Assembly (NCBI GenBank): GCA_021808925.1
Contig: JAKBAR010000003.1
Location: forward strand, 1-53,975
DNA length: 53,975 nucleotides
Reading direction: 5' to 3'
Origin: Pseudomonadota bacterium
GTDB lineage: Bacteria > Pseudomonadota > Alphaproteobacteria > Paracaedibacterales > JAKBAR01
The position numbers and the translations under genes were made by a program. Positions 10,199 through 18,363 of the stretch are shown one piece after another; within the stretch, counting starts at the first letter, position 1, and each line of letters starts with the position of its first letter. A model generated the notes under the pieces. The model did no database searches. It saw only the letters and a list, made by a program, of their open reading frames with translations, and was not told the origin of the DNA.

Positions 10199-11176
10199 TT
10201 ATAAAACCCCTTGTTCTGCTAAAAAGCGCTCTGCATCAAGTGCTGCCATACACCCCTGCCCCGCCGATGTCACAGCCTGACGGTAAAGAGGATCTTGAAC
10301 GTCCCCTGCTGCAAAAACCCCCGGAATCGATGTTTTAGGTGTTCCCGGCTGTGTCAAAATATATCCCTCTTTATTCAAATCCAACTGACCTTTTAAAAAG
10401 CCACTCATCGGTGTATGGCCAATCGCCACAAAAACACCTTCCGTTTCAAGGGTTTGAAGGCGTCCATCCACTGTATTTTTCAACACAACACCTGTAACAT
10501 TTGGAGGATTATCATCGCCCAAAATGTCCTCCACCGTGTGATTCCACAGCACAGAAATTTTAGGATTATTAAAAAGACGCGTTTGCGCAATTTGCTCCGC
10601 ACGCAGTTTATCACGCCTATGGACAAGCGTGACATGAGAGGCATGGTGCGTCAAATAGAGTGCTTCTTCCACCGCAGCATTTCCTCCGCCGACAACCACC
10701 ACTTTTTTATTTTTAAAGAAAAACCCATCGCAGGTTGCACATCCTGACACCCCATATCCTAAAAATTTTTCTTCACTAGGAAGGCCAAGCCATTTCGCCT
10801 GCGCACCTGTGGCAATAATGAGACTATCACAGGTATAAATTTCTCCGCCCTCTGTCTGACAGGTAAAGGGGCGTTTGCTAAGATCAACACGTTCAACGAT
10901 ATCTTCGATCATGGTCGTCCCGACATGCTCCGCCTGGGCACGCATTTCTTCCATCAGCTGAGGCCCCTGAACGGCTGTGCGAAAGCCCGGGTAGTTTTCC
11001 ACATCCAGTGTAATCATAAGCTGCCCCCCTGGCTGCATCCCAAGGAACTGCAGGGGCTTGAGGTTCGCACGCGCCGCGTAAATAGCCGCCGCATACCCCG
11101 CCGGGCCACTTCCAATAATCATCACTTTTGCATGCATTAAAGAGGGTATAGTCATAAATTTTTCACATAGCTTCAT
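10199..11176 (-). CDS. trxB: thioredoxin-disulfide reductase
   Basis: FAD-binding GSGPAGYAAAIYAAR, redox-active CATCDG and NADPH-site VVGGGNAAVEEAL. The true start may be an internal Met (MTIPS.. or MHAKV..). Confidence 0.9.
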   Translation of the reverse strand: MKLCEKFMTIPSLMHAKVMIIGSGPAGYAAAIYAARANLKPLQFLGMQPGGQLMITLDVENYPGFRTAVQGPQLMEEMRAQAEHVGTTMIEDIVERVDLSKRPFTCQTEGGEIYTCDSLIIATGAQAKWLGLPSEEKFLGYGVSGCATCDGFFFKNKKVVVVGGGNAAVEEALYLTHHASHVTLVHRRDKLRAEQIAQTRLFNNPKISVLWNHTVEDILGDDNPPNVTGVVLKNTVDGRLQTLETEGVFVAIGHTPMSGFLKGQLDLNKEGYILTQPGTPKTSIPGVFAAGDVQDPLYRQAVTSAGQGCMAALDAERFLAEQGVL

Positions 11177-11183
11177 TTTCTTC

Positions 11184-11213
11184 TTGGCAACCTAGCACAA
11201 ATGCTGATATATA
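11184..11213 (+). promoter_or_regulatory. candidate sigma70-type promoter for tRNA-Thr
   Basis: TTGGCA (11184-11189), an 18-bp spacer, then TATATA (11208-11213), 16 bp upstream of the tRNA 5' end. This is a pattern match only. Confidence 0.3.
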
Positions 11214-11229
11214 TCGAGTCATTAATAGG

Positions 11230-11305
11230 GCCGGCTTAGCTCAGTTGGTAGAGCAACTGATTTGTAATCAGTAGGTCGCGAGTTCGAATCCTGCAGCCGG
11301 CACCA
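11230..11305 (+). tRNA. tRNA-Thr (anticodon UGU)
   Basis: Cloverleaf folded by eye: acceptor GCCGGCT/AGCCGGC, D arm GCTC-AGTTGGTA-GAGC, anticodon stem ACTGA/TCAGT with loop TTTGTAA, T loop TTCGAAT (one A-C mismatch in the T stem), and an encoded CCA. Confidence 0.88.
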
Positions 11306-11383
11306 TCTTCAAATTCCTGTTGACGTCATTTAAAAGATGCCAGAAAATGTCATCCGTAGATGTCTCTCTTACAGGTTTCCATT

Positions 11384-11941
11384 ATGAAAAAATTCCTGAC
11401 ACTTTTTACTTTTATTATGTTCGCAGCAAAAGCTTTTGGCTCAGAAAAATCCTCTTGGGAGGATGTTATGAATTCAAAACAGAAGCAAAATCTGAAATCG
11501 AATGACGTTAAAGAAGCGATCTCATATTTTAAAGATGATGTCCTCAACAAAAAGCTTGAGGGACTTGGTGGGTGTGAGATTACGAATTTTTCTTTTGAAG
11601 TGGAAAATTTTAATAACGCAAAAGTTTCAGCCTATCTTCAAATCTTAGGGGATACCCGCTATTATGGATCTTTGGAGGAATCTTATAAACTTGGTAATAA
11701 TGCACAAGGTTGGCGCCAACTCACCCTTGAAATTGTTAATAAGAACTTTGAGGCTCTAGGTAAGCGAATAAAAGATTTTGGCACAAACGATGGATCATTT
11801 AGTTCAGAACGTGATAATGCAAAGCGTCAAATAAACAAGGCTTACAAGAATTTTTCCCCAAATTCCTGGAAGATCTTGCTTAACGGTTACGTGGATTGGG
11901 TTTCTCAGCGCTGGAAAGATCTTCAAAATTTAATACAGTAA
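11384..11941 (+). CDS. hypothetical secreted protein (paralog A)
   Basis: The ORF track gives 11360. The likely start is ATG 11384 (MKKFLTLFTFIMFAAKAFGS), which forms a signal peptide. No recognised domain. Shares motifs with the next ORF. Confidence 0.5.
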   Translation: MKKFLTLFTFIMFAAKAFGSEKSSWEDVMNSKQKQNLKSNDVKEAISYFKDDVLNKKLEGLGGCEITNFSFEVENFNNAKVSAYLQILGDTRYYGSLEESYKLGNNAQGWRQLTLEIVNKNFEALGKRIKDFGTNDGSFSSERDNAKRQINKAYKNFSPNSWKILLNGYVDWVSQRWKDLQNLIQ

Positions 11942-11988
11942 ATCTAAACCCTGGTGGCCCTTGTTGGTTTCATTGAGAGGCTTATATT

Positions 11989-12342
11989 ATGAAAAAAATT
12001 ATTATACTTGTTATTATGTTCGCAGCAAAAGCTTTTAGCTCAGACTACGAGTTTGAGTCTTATGATTATTCTGCGTCCATACAAAAGTATGATAAGGAAA
12101 AAGTTTTTCATTGCCTGAGAAAATTAGGTGAAAGCCATTATTACGAAAACTTAAAGGAGGCTATGAAGGAGACAGATTTTACGAATCGCACAAATAGGAT
12201 AGAACGTCTTTTCACAAACCTGCGAGCTCTTAATAAAAAGGTAATAGAATTTGACGAGGGCAAAAATCTTCTCGAGAATGCGCTTTATTACGTTGATGAT
12301 TTGTGCACAACGTTTGAAATTTGGCGATCCTTGTACACTTAA
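11989..12342 (+). CDS. hypothetical secreted protein (paralog B)
   Basis: 117-aa ORF. Its signal peptide MKKIIILVIMFAAKAFSS is nearly identical to that of paralog A. It also shares a LG(D/E)xxYY..L(E/K)E block. Confidence 0.5.
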   Translation: MKKIIILVIMFAAKAFSSDYEFESYDYSASIQKYDKEKVFHCLRKLGESHYYENLKEAMKETDFTNRTNRIERLFTNLRALNKKVIEFDEGKNLLENALYYVDDLCTTFEIWRSLYT

Positions 12343-12367
12343 TAAAAATGAGGCTTAAATTTTAACG

Positions 12368-12967
12368 ATGATCGTGATCCCTTCTCTTCCTTCCTCTGTA
12401 CGTCTTGTGGCCGTCACCAAAGGGCGCTCTGTTGCTGAGATTGAGGATCTTATCGCAGAAGGCGTTATATGGTTTGGTGAAAATCGCCTGAACGAGATAC
12501 AAACCAAATGGCCTTTTTTAAAGGAAAAATACCCCCATGTGCGCCTGCAATTTATTGGTCAGCTTCAAAGCAATAAAGTGGCAAGAATTCTCAAACACTG
12601 CGATAGTCTTCTCAGTATTGATCGCAAAAGCCTTCTTGAGGCAATTGCAACAGCTCAAAAAAATGATACTTCTTCAAAAGAATATCTCATTCAGGTCAAC
12701 CTTGCAAAAGAACCTCAAAAGGGGGGAGTGATCCCGGAAAATCTCAAAGAGCTCATCGTTTGTGCACGCAGCCACACCCTTCCCATTCAGGGGCTTTCCG
12801 CGATCCCTCCCCTGCGCCAAGACCCCACCCCCTATTTTACCCAGCTCAAGGCGCTTTGCACGCTCTACAATCTTAAAGAGTGCAGCATGGGGATGAGTGA
12901 CGATTTTGACACAGCCATCGCCCTTGGGGCCACACAAGTGCGTCTCGGCCGACGGCTTTTTCGTTAG
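12368..12967 (+). CDS. yggS: YggS family pyridoxal-phosphate homeostasis protein
   Basis: PLP-lysine context (VRLVAVTKGRS), FGENRLNE, FIGQLQSNK and a C-terminal SMGMSDDFDTAIALGATQVRLG, all characteristic of YggS/PROSC. Confidence 0.8.
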   Translation: MIVIPSLPSSVRLVAVTKGRSVAEIEDLIAEGVIWFGENRLNEIQTKWPFLKEKYPHVRLQFIGQLQSNKVARILKHCDSLLSIDRKSLLEAIATAQKNDTSSKEYLIQVNLAKEPQKGGVIPENLKELIVCARSHTLPIQGLSAIPPLRQDPTPYFTQLKALCTLYNLKECSMGMSDDFDTAIALGATQVRLGRRLFR

Positions 12968-13743
12968 AGATCTTCCTCTTCCTCGTTAAGATCTTCCTCT
13001 TCCTCGTTAAGATCTTCCTCTTCCTCGTTAAGATCTTCCTCTTCCTCGTTAAGATCTTCCTCTTCTTCGTTAAGATCTTCCTCTTCTTCGTTAAGATCTT
13101 CCTCTTCTTCGTTAAGATCTTCCTCTTCTTCGTTAAGATCTTCCTCTTCCTCGTTAAGATCTTCCTCAAGTTCGCCTTCTATCTCTCGTATCTCTTTTTC
13201 TAATTTTTTTTCCTTGCGCTTTTTTTTATGGCCAGCAACTAAAACGCCACTGTCATCAATTTTTTCAGCGATAGTGTTAAGCTCTTCTCTGATTTCCCCT
13301 AGAATCTCAGCACTTTCTTTTCTGTTATGGTGTTCCTTTTTAATGAGTAATTTTTTGAGTTCTTTTTCTTTGATTTGCGTGTCTAGCAATTTTTCTTTAA
13401 TGTCTTTCACACTTTCAAGTCTCTCTTCCTTCTTATTCACCTTCTCTTTCAGATCAACAATCTCTTTTTTTTCTTTTTTATTGTCTTTTTTCATATTTTT
13501 TTCTTTTTTAGGAAATTCTTTTTTGTCCAGATCCTCGACGATAGTCTCATTCTTATTTTTTTCAGAAGATTTTTTTTCTAGATCCTCGACACTAGTCTCA
13601 TTCTTATTTTTTTTATTTAGTGGTTTTCTTTCTACCTTTTGCCTTGTAGAGTTAGAGTTCTCATTAGAAAAACCATCAGTGCTTGTGAGCAAAAGCATTG
13701 CGGAAAGGGCACTCGCACACTTTAAAAAATTTTTAATCAACAT
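12964..13743 (-). CDS. secreted Lys/Glu-rich protein with C-terminal EEEEDLN tandem repeats
   Basis: 259-aa ORF with a signal peptide (MLIKNFLKCASALSAMLLLTSTDGFS), a charged coiled-coil-like body, and a C-terminus made only of 7-residue acidic repeats. Its stop codon (12964-12966) overlaps the yggS stop (12965-12967). Confidence 0.6.
   Translation of the reverse strand: MLIKNFLKCASALSAMLLLTSTDGFSNENSNSTRQKVERKPLNKKNKNETSVEDLEKKSSEKNKNETIVEDLDKKEFPKKEKNMKKDNKKEKKEIVDLKEKVNKKEERLESVKDIKEKLLDTQIKEKELKKLLIKKEHHNRKESAEILGEIREELNTIAEKIDDSGVLVAGHKKKRKEKKLEKEIREIEGELEEDLNEEEEDLNEEEEDLNEEEEDLNEEEEDLNEEEEDLNEEEEDLNEEEEDLNEEEEDLNEEEEDL
12969..13167 (-). repeat. 21-bp perfect tandem repeat, 9 full units plus a partial unit
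   Basis: The unit is GATCTTCCTCTTC(C/T)TCGTTAA. Units 1-4 and 9 carry C and units 5-8 carry T, a synonymous GAG/GAA change in the encoded EEEEDLN heptad. Confidence 0.95.
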
Positions 13744-13758
13744 AAAATCTCCTTTGAG

Positions 13759-14844
13759 TTAAAACAATTCAACATCATCACTGGCCTTTGTTGAGGCCGT
13801 TTCCATCCCCGATGAAAAAGGTTCTTTGTCCTGAGTTGCCAGAAGATGATCAATTTTTGACCCCATTTCCTCGGGCACATGATCATAGAGCGCTTGCGGA
13901 TGCACCGCACAATGGGGGATGTGAAGCTCATCTTGCAGCTCATGAATCGTTTCAATAGATTTTTTCATTTGCTCAAGATCTTGACGCACGCGGTCCTGAT
14001 ACTGGATGTCTGTGATAAGTTGACGCGCAGAATCCGAAAACTCACGGGAAGCCTGGCTGGCATTTGTCACGATATTGGAAATTTTCTCACTATTGGCAAT
14101 GAGACCTTCCATCATCTCGTCCAGCTGATCCTTCGCCATCATATTGCTGCTCATATCAATGCTGGCTACTTTTTGTAAAATTTCTTGAGCGTAATTAAGT
14201 GTCTCTGTCATTTGATTGACTTGACTACGGATACTAATCGCAAGGCGCTGCGTATCATTGGAAAGATCACGCACTTCACTCGCAACGACTTGGAAACTCT
14301 CGCCCGCCTCCCCTGCTCTCACGGCTTCAATCGTTGCATTAATAGAAAGATATTTTGTTTTGTGGTTAATAATTTCAATTTGACGAATGCTTTTTTCAAT
14401 TTCATTCAGGTTTTTCACACCATCATTTAAGATATACACCATCAACATGGCTTGCTTTGAAATCTCAAGCATACAGCTAATCGATTCAAGAAATGTTTTG
14501 TGCAGAAGCGACGAAACTTCTTGGATCCCGATATCGCTCTCGCCCACCTTAACGGTTTGTGCAATAGAGATAAGCTGTTGCAAATAATCTGCCTGCAAGG
14601 CCGCATTTTTTGAAAGCAGTTGAAATTGATTCGAAAGTGCCACCGTTTTATTTTCAGAAAGATTCATCACAGCATCAATACGGTGCGACATGCCTTCATT
14701 TGCTTTTTCAATGACACTGTGCAGCTCGGCCAGAACAGCCTCCTCCTCTGTCACGTGATGGGGAACGTGATGAGGTGCAGGATGCTCTTCAGAAGCTTTT
14801 TTGACAACGTTTAAGTCGATATCACTTGTAATCATACATAGCAC
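13759..14844 (-). CDS. soluble methyl-accepting chemotaxis protein (MCP) signalling-domain protein
   Basis: 361-aa ORF with no TM segment. It has the highly conserved MCP hairpin-tip motif (YLSINATIEAVRAGEAGESFQVVASEVRDLSNDTQ) and a downstream IQYQDRVRQ motif. It lies 15 bp upstream of the repeat-protein gene on the same strand. Confidence 0.65.
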   Translation of the reverse strand: MLCMITSDIDLNVVKKASEEHPAPHHVPHHVTEEEAVLAELHSVIEKANEGMSHRIDAVMNLSENKTVALSNQFQLLSKNAALQADYLQQLISIAQTVKVGESDIGIQEVSSLLHKTFLESISCMLEISKQAMLMVYILNDGVKNLNEIEKSIRQIEIINHKTKYLSINATIEAVRAGEAGESFQVVASEVRDLSNDTQRLAISIRSQVNQMTETLNYAQEILQKVASIDMSSNMMAKDQLDEMMEGLIANSEKISNIVTNASQASREFSDSARQLITDIQYQDRVRQDLEQMKKSIETIHELQDELHIPHCAVHPQALYDHVPEEMGSKIDHLLATQDKEPFSSGMETASTKASDDVELF

Positions 14845-15024
14845 TCGGCGTTTTAGAACATGACAATTCTGTCTTTAGTCCTATTAAAACAAAAAATTCT
14901 GAATAAAATATTAATAATACATAAAATTAATTTTATATTTTTGAGATGTTTTTTGAGCGCTGTATATTTATCGAGACTCCTACAAAAAAAGACTTTTTTT
15001 AAAATATTTTATTAAAAGACAAAA

Positions 15025-15042
15025 TAGTCTATATTTAGACTA
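15025..15042. promoter_or_regulatory. perfect palindrome (candidate operator)
   Basis: TAGTCTA-TATT-TAGACTA lies in the 229-bp AT-rich divergent intergenic region, 32 bp upstream of the ATG at 15074. Confidence 0.25.
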
Positions 15043-15073
15043 ATTTTTCTACCAAACTGCGCAAAGACTCTAT

Positions 15074-15805
15074 ATGCACTTTTTTTGGTCACAGCACACC
15101 CCCAACTTTTTTCTCTGCTTTTTTGCCAGCATCGTTATCAATCTATTTTTCTTCTCTCCATCCTTGGCTGAGACGCCTTCTCACACAAACGAACCGCCTG
15201 CAAAAGAACATACGCATCCTGATCCAGAAAAAGAGCTAGAACCCCTTGTGTGCGATACAACACCCCAAGGGCTCACCCTCCTTGTCACGGGACTTGGCCT
15301 TAATGAATCCCTCACAGAGCGCGCCATTGCAGAACTCCCCAAAGAGATTGCTCTCTCATTCTCAGCCTACGCTACAATGATCAACCAGTGGACATCCCTT
15401 GCAAAAGCAGCAGGTCATCAGATTTTTATTGAGCTTGGGTCAGAAAAAGACCTGAATAACACAGGGATCCTTGCTTATTTTGATGGTGTTCTTCTTATTC
15501 CTGAAAAACCGCCCGTGACAGATCCTAAAATCCTTGAAAATTTCGTCTATAGCCTTGGAGTCAGGAAAAAAATGATTTTAGAAGGTCGCCTCTTTCCCAA
15601 AGATTTATTAGCACTCGAAGCCCAAAAGCAAAAAGCCCCCTTTAGAAAGATTCAATACTCTCTTTCCGAAGCAAGTCTTTTTGAGGGAAAACAAGATATT
15701 TTTGAGCTCAAAGGCATTGTCACCTTTCCTGTTAGTTTTCTTAATTATTTGATCGACATGTTAAAAGCACAGAAAAATTTATCTCTTATTCCCCTCACCC
15801 TTTGA
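15074..15805 (+). CDS. divergent polysaccharide deacetylase (YibQ-like) family protein, possibly truncated
   Basis: N-terminal hydrophobic segment followed by LTLLVTGLGLNESLTERAIAELPKEIALSFSAYA, which resembles the xxVIGGLGL..T..AI..LP..VTLAFxPY block of alphaproteobacterial YibQ-like proteins. At 243 aa it is shorter than typical members. Confidence 0.4.
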   Translation: MHFFWSQHTPNFFLCFFASIVINLFFFSPSLAETPSHTNEPPAKEHTHPDPEKELEPLVCDTTPQGLTLLVTGLGLNESLTERAIAELPKEIALSFSAYATMINQWTSLAKAAGHQIFIELGSEKDLNNTGILAYFDGVLLIPEKPPVTDPKILENFVYSLGVRKKMILEGRLFPKDLLALEAQKQKAPFRKIQYSLSEASLFEGKQDIFELKGIVTFPVSFLNYLIDMLKAQKNLSLIPLTL

Positions 15806-15836
15806 GGCGCTATGCAATTAAAACTTAACAGGCGGG

Positions 15837-16389
15837 TTGTTTTCGTTTACACTAAAATACGTGAGTAAAGATCGACCCCATGCTATTGATGTAACAATTG
15901 ACAATGATCAATGGTGCGATCTTGGTCATCTATCAAAAGACTTAGGCCCTGATCAAAAAAAATGGGATGAGGTTGCGTGGACTTCTTTTTTTGAGAGGAT
16001 TCTGTTAAAAGTCGCCGCTGTCTTAGGGGTAGACAAACCCTTTGGTCTAAGTATTCTTCTGACAGATAATCACCATATCCAAGAGCTCAATCACAATTTT
16101 AGAGGTAAGAACAAACCTACAAATGTGTTATCCTTTCCCTCAGGCATTGAACATCCTTCGCCGGATGGATTTTTTTTTTCTAGGAGATGTGGCCTTTGCC
16201 CATGACGTTATTGTTGAAGAGTCAAATACTGAGAAAAAAATATTTTTAAATCATATGACACACCTAACGATTCACGGTATCCTTCATCTTCTTGGCTATG
16301 ATCACGAAATACCAGCCGAGGCTGAGACAATGGAAAACCTTGAAATTCTTATCCTGAGTCATTTTAATATTAGGAACCCGTACACGTAA
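15837..16389 (+). pseudogene. ybeY: rRNA maturation RNase YbeY, interrupted by a +1 frameshift in a T10 tract
   Basis: The N-terminal part (..LSILLTDNHHIQELNHNFRGKNKPTNVLSFPS) is in frame 0 (15837-16205). The C-terminal part, with the catalytic H-box (HGILHLLGYDHE), is in frame +1 (to 16389). The frames switch inside T10 at 16170-16179. Deleting one T gives a continuous ..PDGFFFLGDVAFAHDV.. protein. Confidence 0.8.
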
Positions 16390-16392
16390 TTT

Positions 16393-17283
16393 ATGAGAAC
16401 TATGTCCGATACACTATCCCCCCTTTCGCCAAAACCCCATCGCCTGAAAGGAAAAATGCGTCAGCTGTGGCGTAAACTCACCCGTCATGACGATAGCAGC
16501 CTTCGTGAAACCCTCGAGGAGCTTATCGAAGAAGTTGACGAGGTTGAACCCTCTATTGAATCGGATGAACGACTTCTGTTAGGCAATGTCCTGAGTCTGA
16601 GGGATTTAACCGCCCAGGATGTTATGATTCCACGCGCGGATATTGTGGCCGTTTCGCACACGATTAATGCGCAAGAGCTTATGGCCACAATGACACGCAC
16701 AGGCCTTTCGAGAGTTCCCGTGTACAAAGATAATCTTGATGAAATTATTGGCATGGTCAGCATGAAAGATATGCTGGCTTGGTGCCAAAATAAATCCACA
16801 ACGTTTAAAATTCGTCAGATGCTTCGCGAAGTTCTTTTTGTCTCTCCAAGCATGCGCACCCTCGATCTTCTTCTTCAAATGCGCCAAAGCGGTACAAAAA
16901 TAGCGCTTGTCGTGGATGAATACGGTGGGATTGATGGCCTTGTGACTTTTTCAAATTTGATTGAGGAAATTATCGGCGATATCCAAAATGCGCACGATCA
17001 GGGAGAACCGATGAAAATTCAACGCCTTCAGGATGGAAATATTCTTATCGATGCGCGTTATAATCTAGAAGAACTTGAGGAGCAGTTGAACCTTAATTTC
17101 GATGTCGCGGATATTACGGACGACGTTGATACAATTGGGGGCCTTGTGAGCTCTCTTGCAGGGCATGTACCTGTTCCAGGGGAACTTGTGCGCCATCCCA
17201 ACGGTTTTGAATTTGAAGTCATGGATGCAGACCCCAGGCGGATTAAAACCCTTCTTATTCACATTACAAGTCTTAAAAAATAA
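16393..17283 (+). CDS. corC: CBS-pair / CorC_HlyC domain protein (CorC/TlyC family)
   Basis: 296-aa ORF with tandem CBS domains (VMIPRADIVAV.., the VPVYKDNLDEIIGMV motif) and a C-terminal transporter-associated domain. It sits directly after ybeY, as is conserved in Proteobacteria. Confidence 0.85.
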   Translation: MRTMSDTLSPLSPKPHRLKGKMRQLWRKLTRHDDSSLRETLEELIEEVDEVEPSIESDERLLLGNVLSLRDLTAQDVMIPRADIVAVSHTINAQELMATMTRTGLSRVPVYKDNLDEIIGMVSMKDMLAWCQNKSTTFKIRQMLREVLFVSPSMRTLDLLLQMRQSGTKIALVVDEYGGIDGLVTFSNLIEEIIGDIQNAHDQGEPMKIQRLQDGNILIDARYNLEELEEQLNLNFDVADITDDVDTIGGLVSSLAGHVPVPGELVRHPNGFEFEVMDADPRRIKTLLIHITSLKK

Positions 17284-17313
17284 TATTCAGCAGAGAAAAG
17301 GCCTTTTGACACG

Positions 17314-18336
17314 ATGACACAGAAAATGAATGTTGCGATTAACGGTTTTGGACGCATAGGCCGTATGGTGCTCAGAGCTTTTCTCGAGCAGGATAGCCTT
17401 CCTTTTGAGATTATTGCGATTAATGACCTTACCCCTATTGAGACGAATGCGCACCTTCTTGCGTATGATTCCGTGCATGGCAGGCTGAAGGCCGATATAA
17501 AGATTGAGAATGATCACCTCGTGATTCAAAAGGGTTCAAAAACCCACACTATCCATGCGGTAAAAGAAGCAAATCCTAAAAATCTTCCCTGGGCCAAGCA
17601 TTCAATTGACGTTGTGCTTGAATGCTCTGGCAGGTTTACGGATGGTGAATCTGCAAAAGCACATCTTGAGGCGGGTGCAAAGAAGGTTTTTATCTCTGCC
17701 CCTGCAACAAATGTTGATGCCACTATCGTTTTTGGCGTCAATCACACAACACTCAAAGCCTCTGATCGGATTTTCTCAAACGCCTCATGTACCACGAATT
17801 GCCTTGCGCCTGTTGCAAAAGTATTGCACGAGCACTTCGGTATCGAGCATGGTTATATGACGACGATTCATGCGTATACAGCCGATCAAAATCTTGTGGA
17901 TGGCGCCCACAAAGACCTTCAGCGCGCACGGGCAGCCGCGATGTCGCTTATCCCCAGCACAACAGGTGCGGCCAAATCTGTGGGCCTTGTCTTGCCCGAT
18001 CTTAAGGGAAAACTTGATGGCACATCCATTCGTGTGCCGACACCGAATGTTTCGCTGATTGATTTTAAATTCACGACAAAAAACCCTGTCACAAAGACAG
18101 ATATTAATGAAGCGATGATAAACGCTGCGAAGGGTCCTTTGAAGGGAATCCTCGCAACCAATAGCCTTCCCCTTGTCTCCATCGATTTTAATAGTGATCC
18201 CCACAGTGCCACTTTTGATCTTTCTCAAACACAAACCCTTGGCCATCATTTTGCGCGCATCCTTGCCTGGTATGATAATGAATGGGGCTTTTCAAATCGC
18301 ATGATTGATGTGCTAAGATACCTTAAGACGTTATAG
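17314..18336 (+). CDS. gap: type I glyceraldehyde-3-phosphate dehydrogenase
   Basis: INGFGRIGR NAD-binding motif, active site SNASCTTNCLAP, and a C-terminal WYDNEWGFSNR. Confidence 0.93.
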   Translation: MTQKMNVAINGFGRIGRMVLRAFLEQDSLPFEIIAINDLTPIETNAHLLAYDSVHGRLKADIKIENDHLVIQKGSKTHTIHAVKEANPKNLPWAKHSIDVVLECSGRFTDGESAKAHLEAGAKKVFISAPATNVDATIVFGVNHTTLKASDRIFSNASCTTNCLAPVAKVLHEHFGIEHGYMTTIHAYTADQNLVDGAHKDLQRARAAAMSLIPSTTGAAKSVGLVLPDLKGKLDGTSIRVPTPNVSLIDFKFTTKNPVTKTDINEAMINAAKGPLKGILATNSLPLVSIDFNSDPHSATFDLSQTQTLGHHFARILAWYDNEWGFSNRMIDVLRYLKTL

Positions 18337-18363
18337 TTTTTTTTAAATCAAGGAGATTTTCTC

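Noticed and set aside
12969-13167. The regular 21-bp repeat array, considered as a possible CRISPR.
   Set aside because: The units are directly abutting with no spacers and are in-frame within a coding sequence, so this is not a CRISPR array.
12873-13762. The ORFs 12873-13169 (-) (RKILTRK repeats) and 13214-13762 (+) (182 aa, Ser/Phe/Leu-rich).
   Set aside because: These are alternative-frame and antisense shadows of the 21-bp repeat array and the Lys/Glu-rich gene. Their periodic low-complexity translations are by-products of the repeat.
13759-13776. The C-terminal ..DDVELF of the MCP-like protein, considered as a CheR/CheB-tethering pentapeptide (NWETF type).
   Set aside because: The critical Trp is absent (Val instead), so the resemblance is too weak to claim.
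16123-16389. The second ybeY ORF, considered as an independent 88-aa gene starting at ATG 16123.
   Set aside because: Its first ~20 codons overlap the upstream frame and have no YbeY counterpart. The two ORFs together reconstitute one YbeY when one T is removed from the T10 tract.
17526-18249. Multiple 60-150-aa ORFs on both strands inside gap (for example 17785-18249 on the minus strand).
   Set aside because: They are fully embedded in the strongly supported GAPDH gene, with no independent coding signal.
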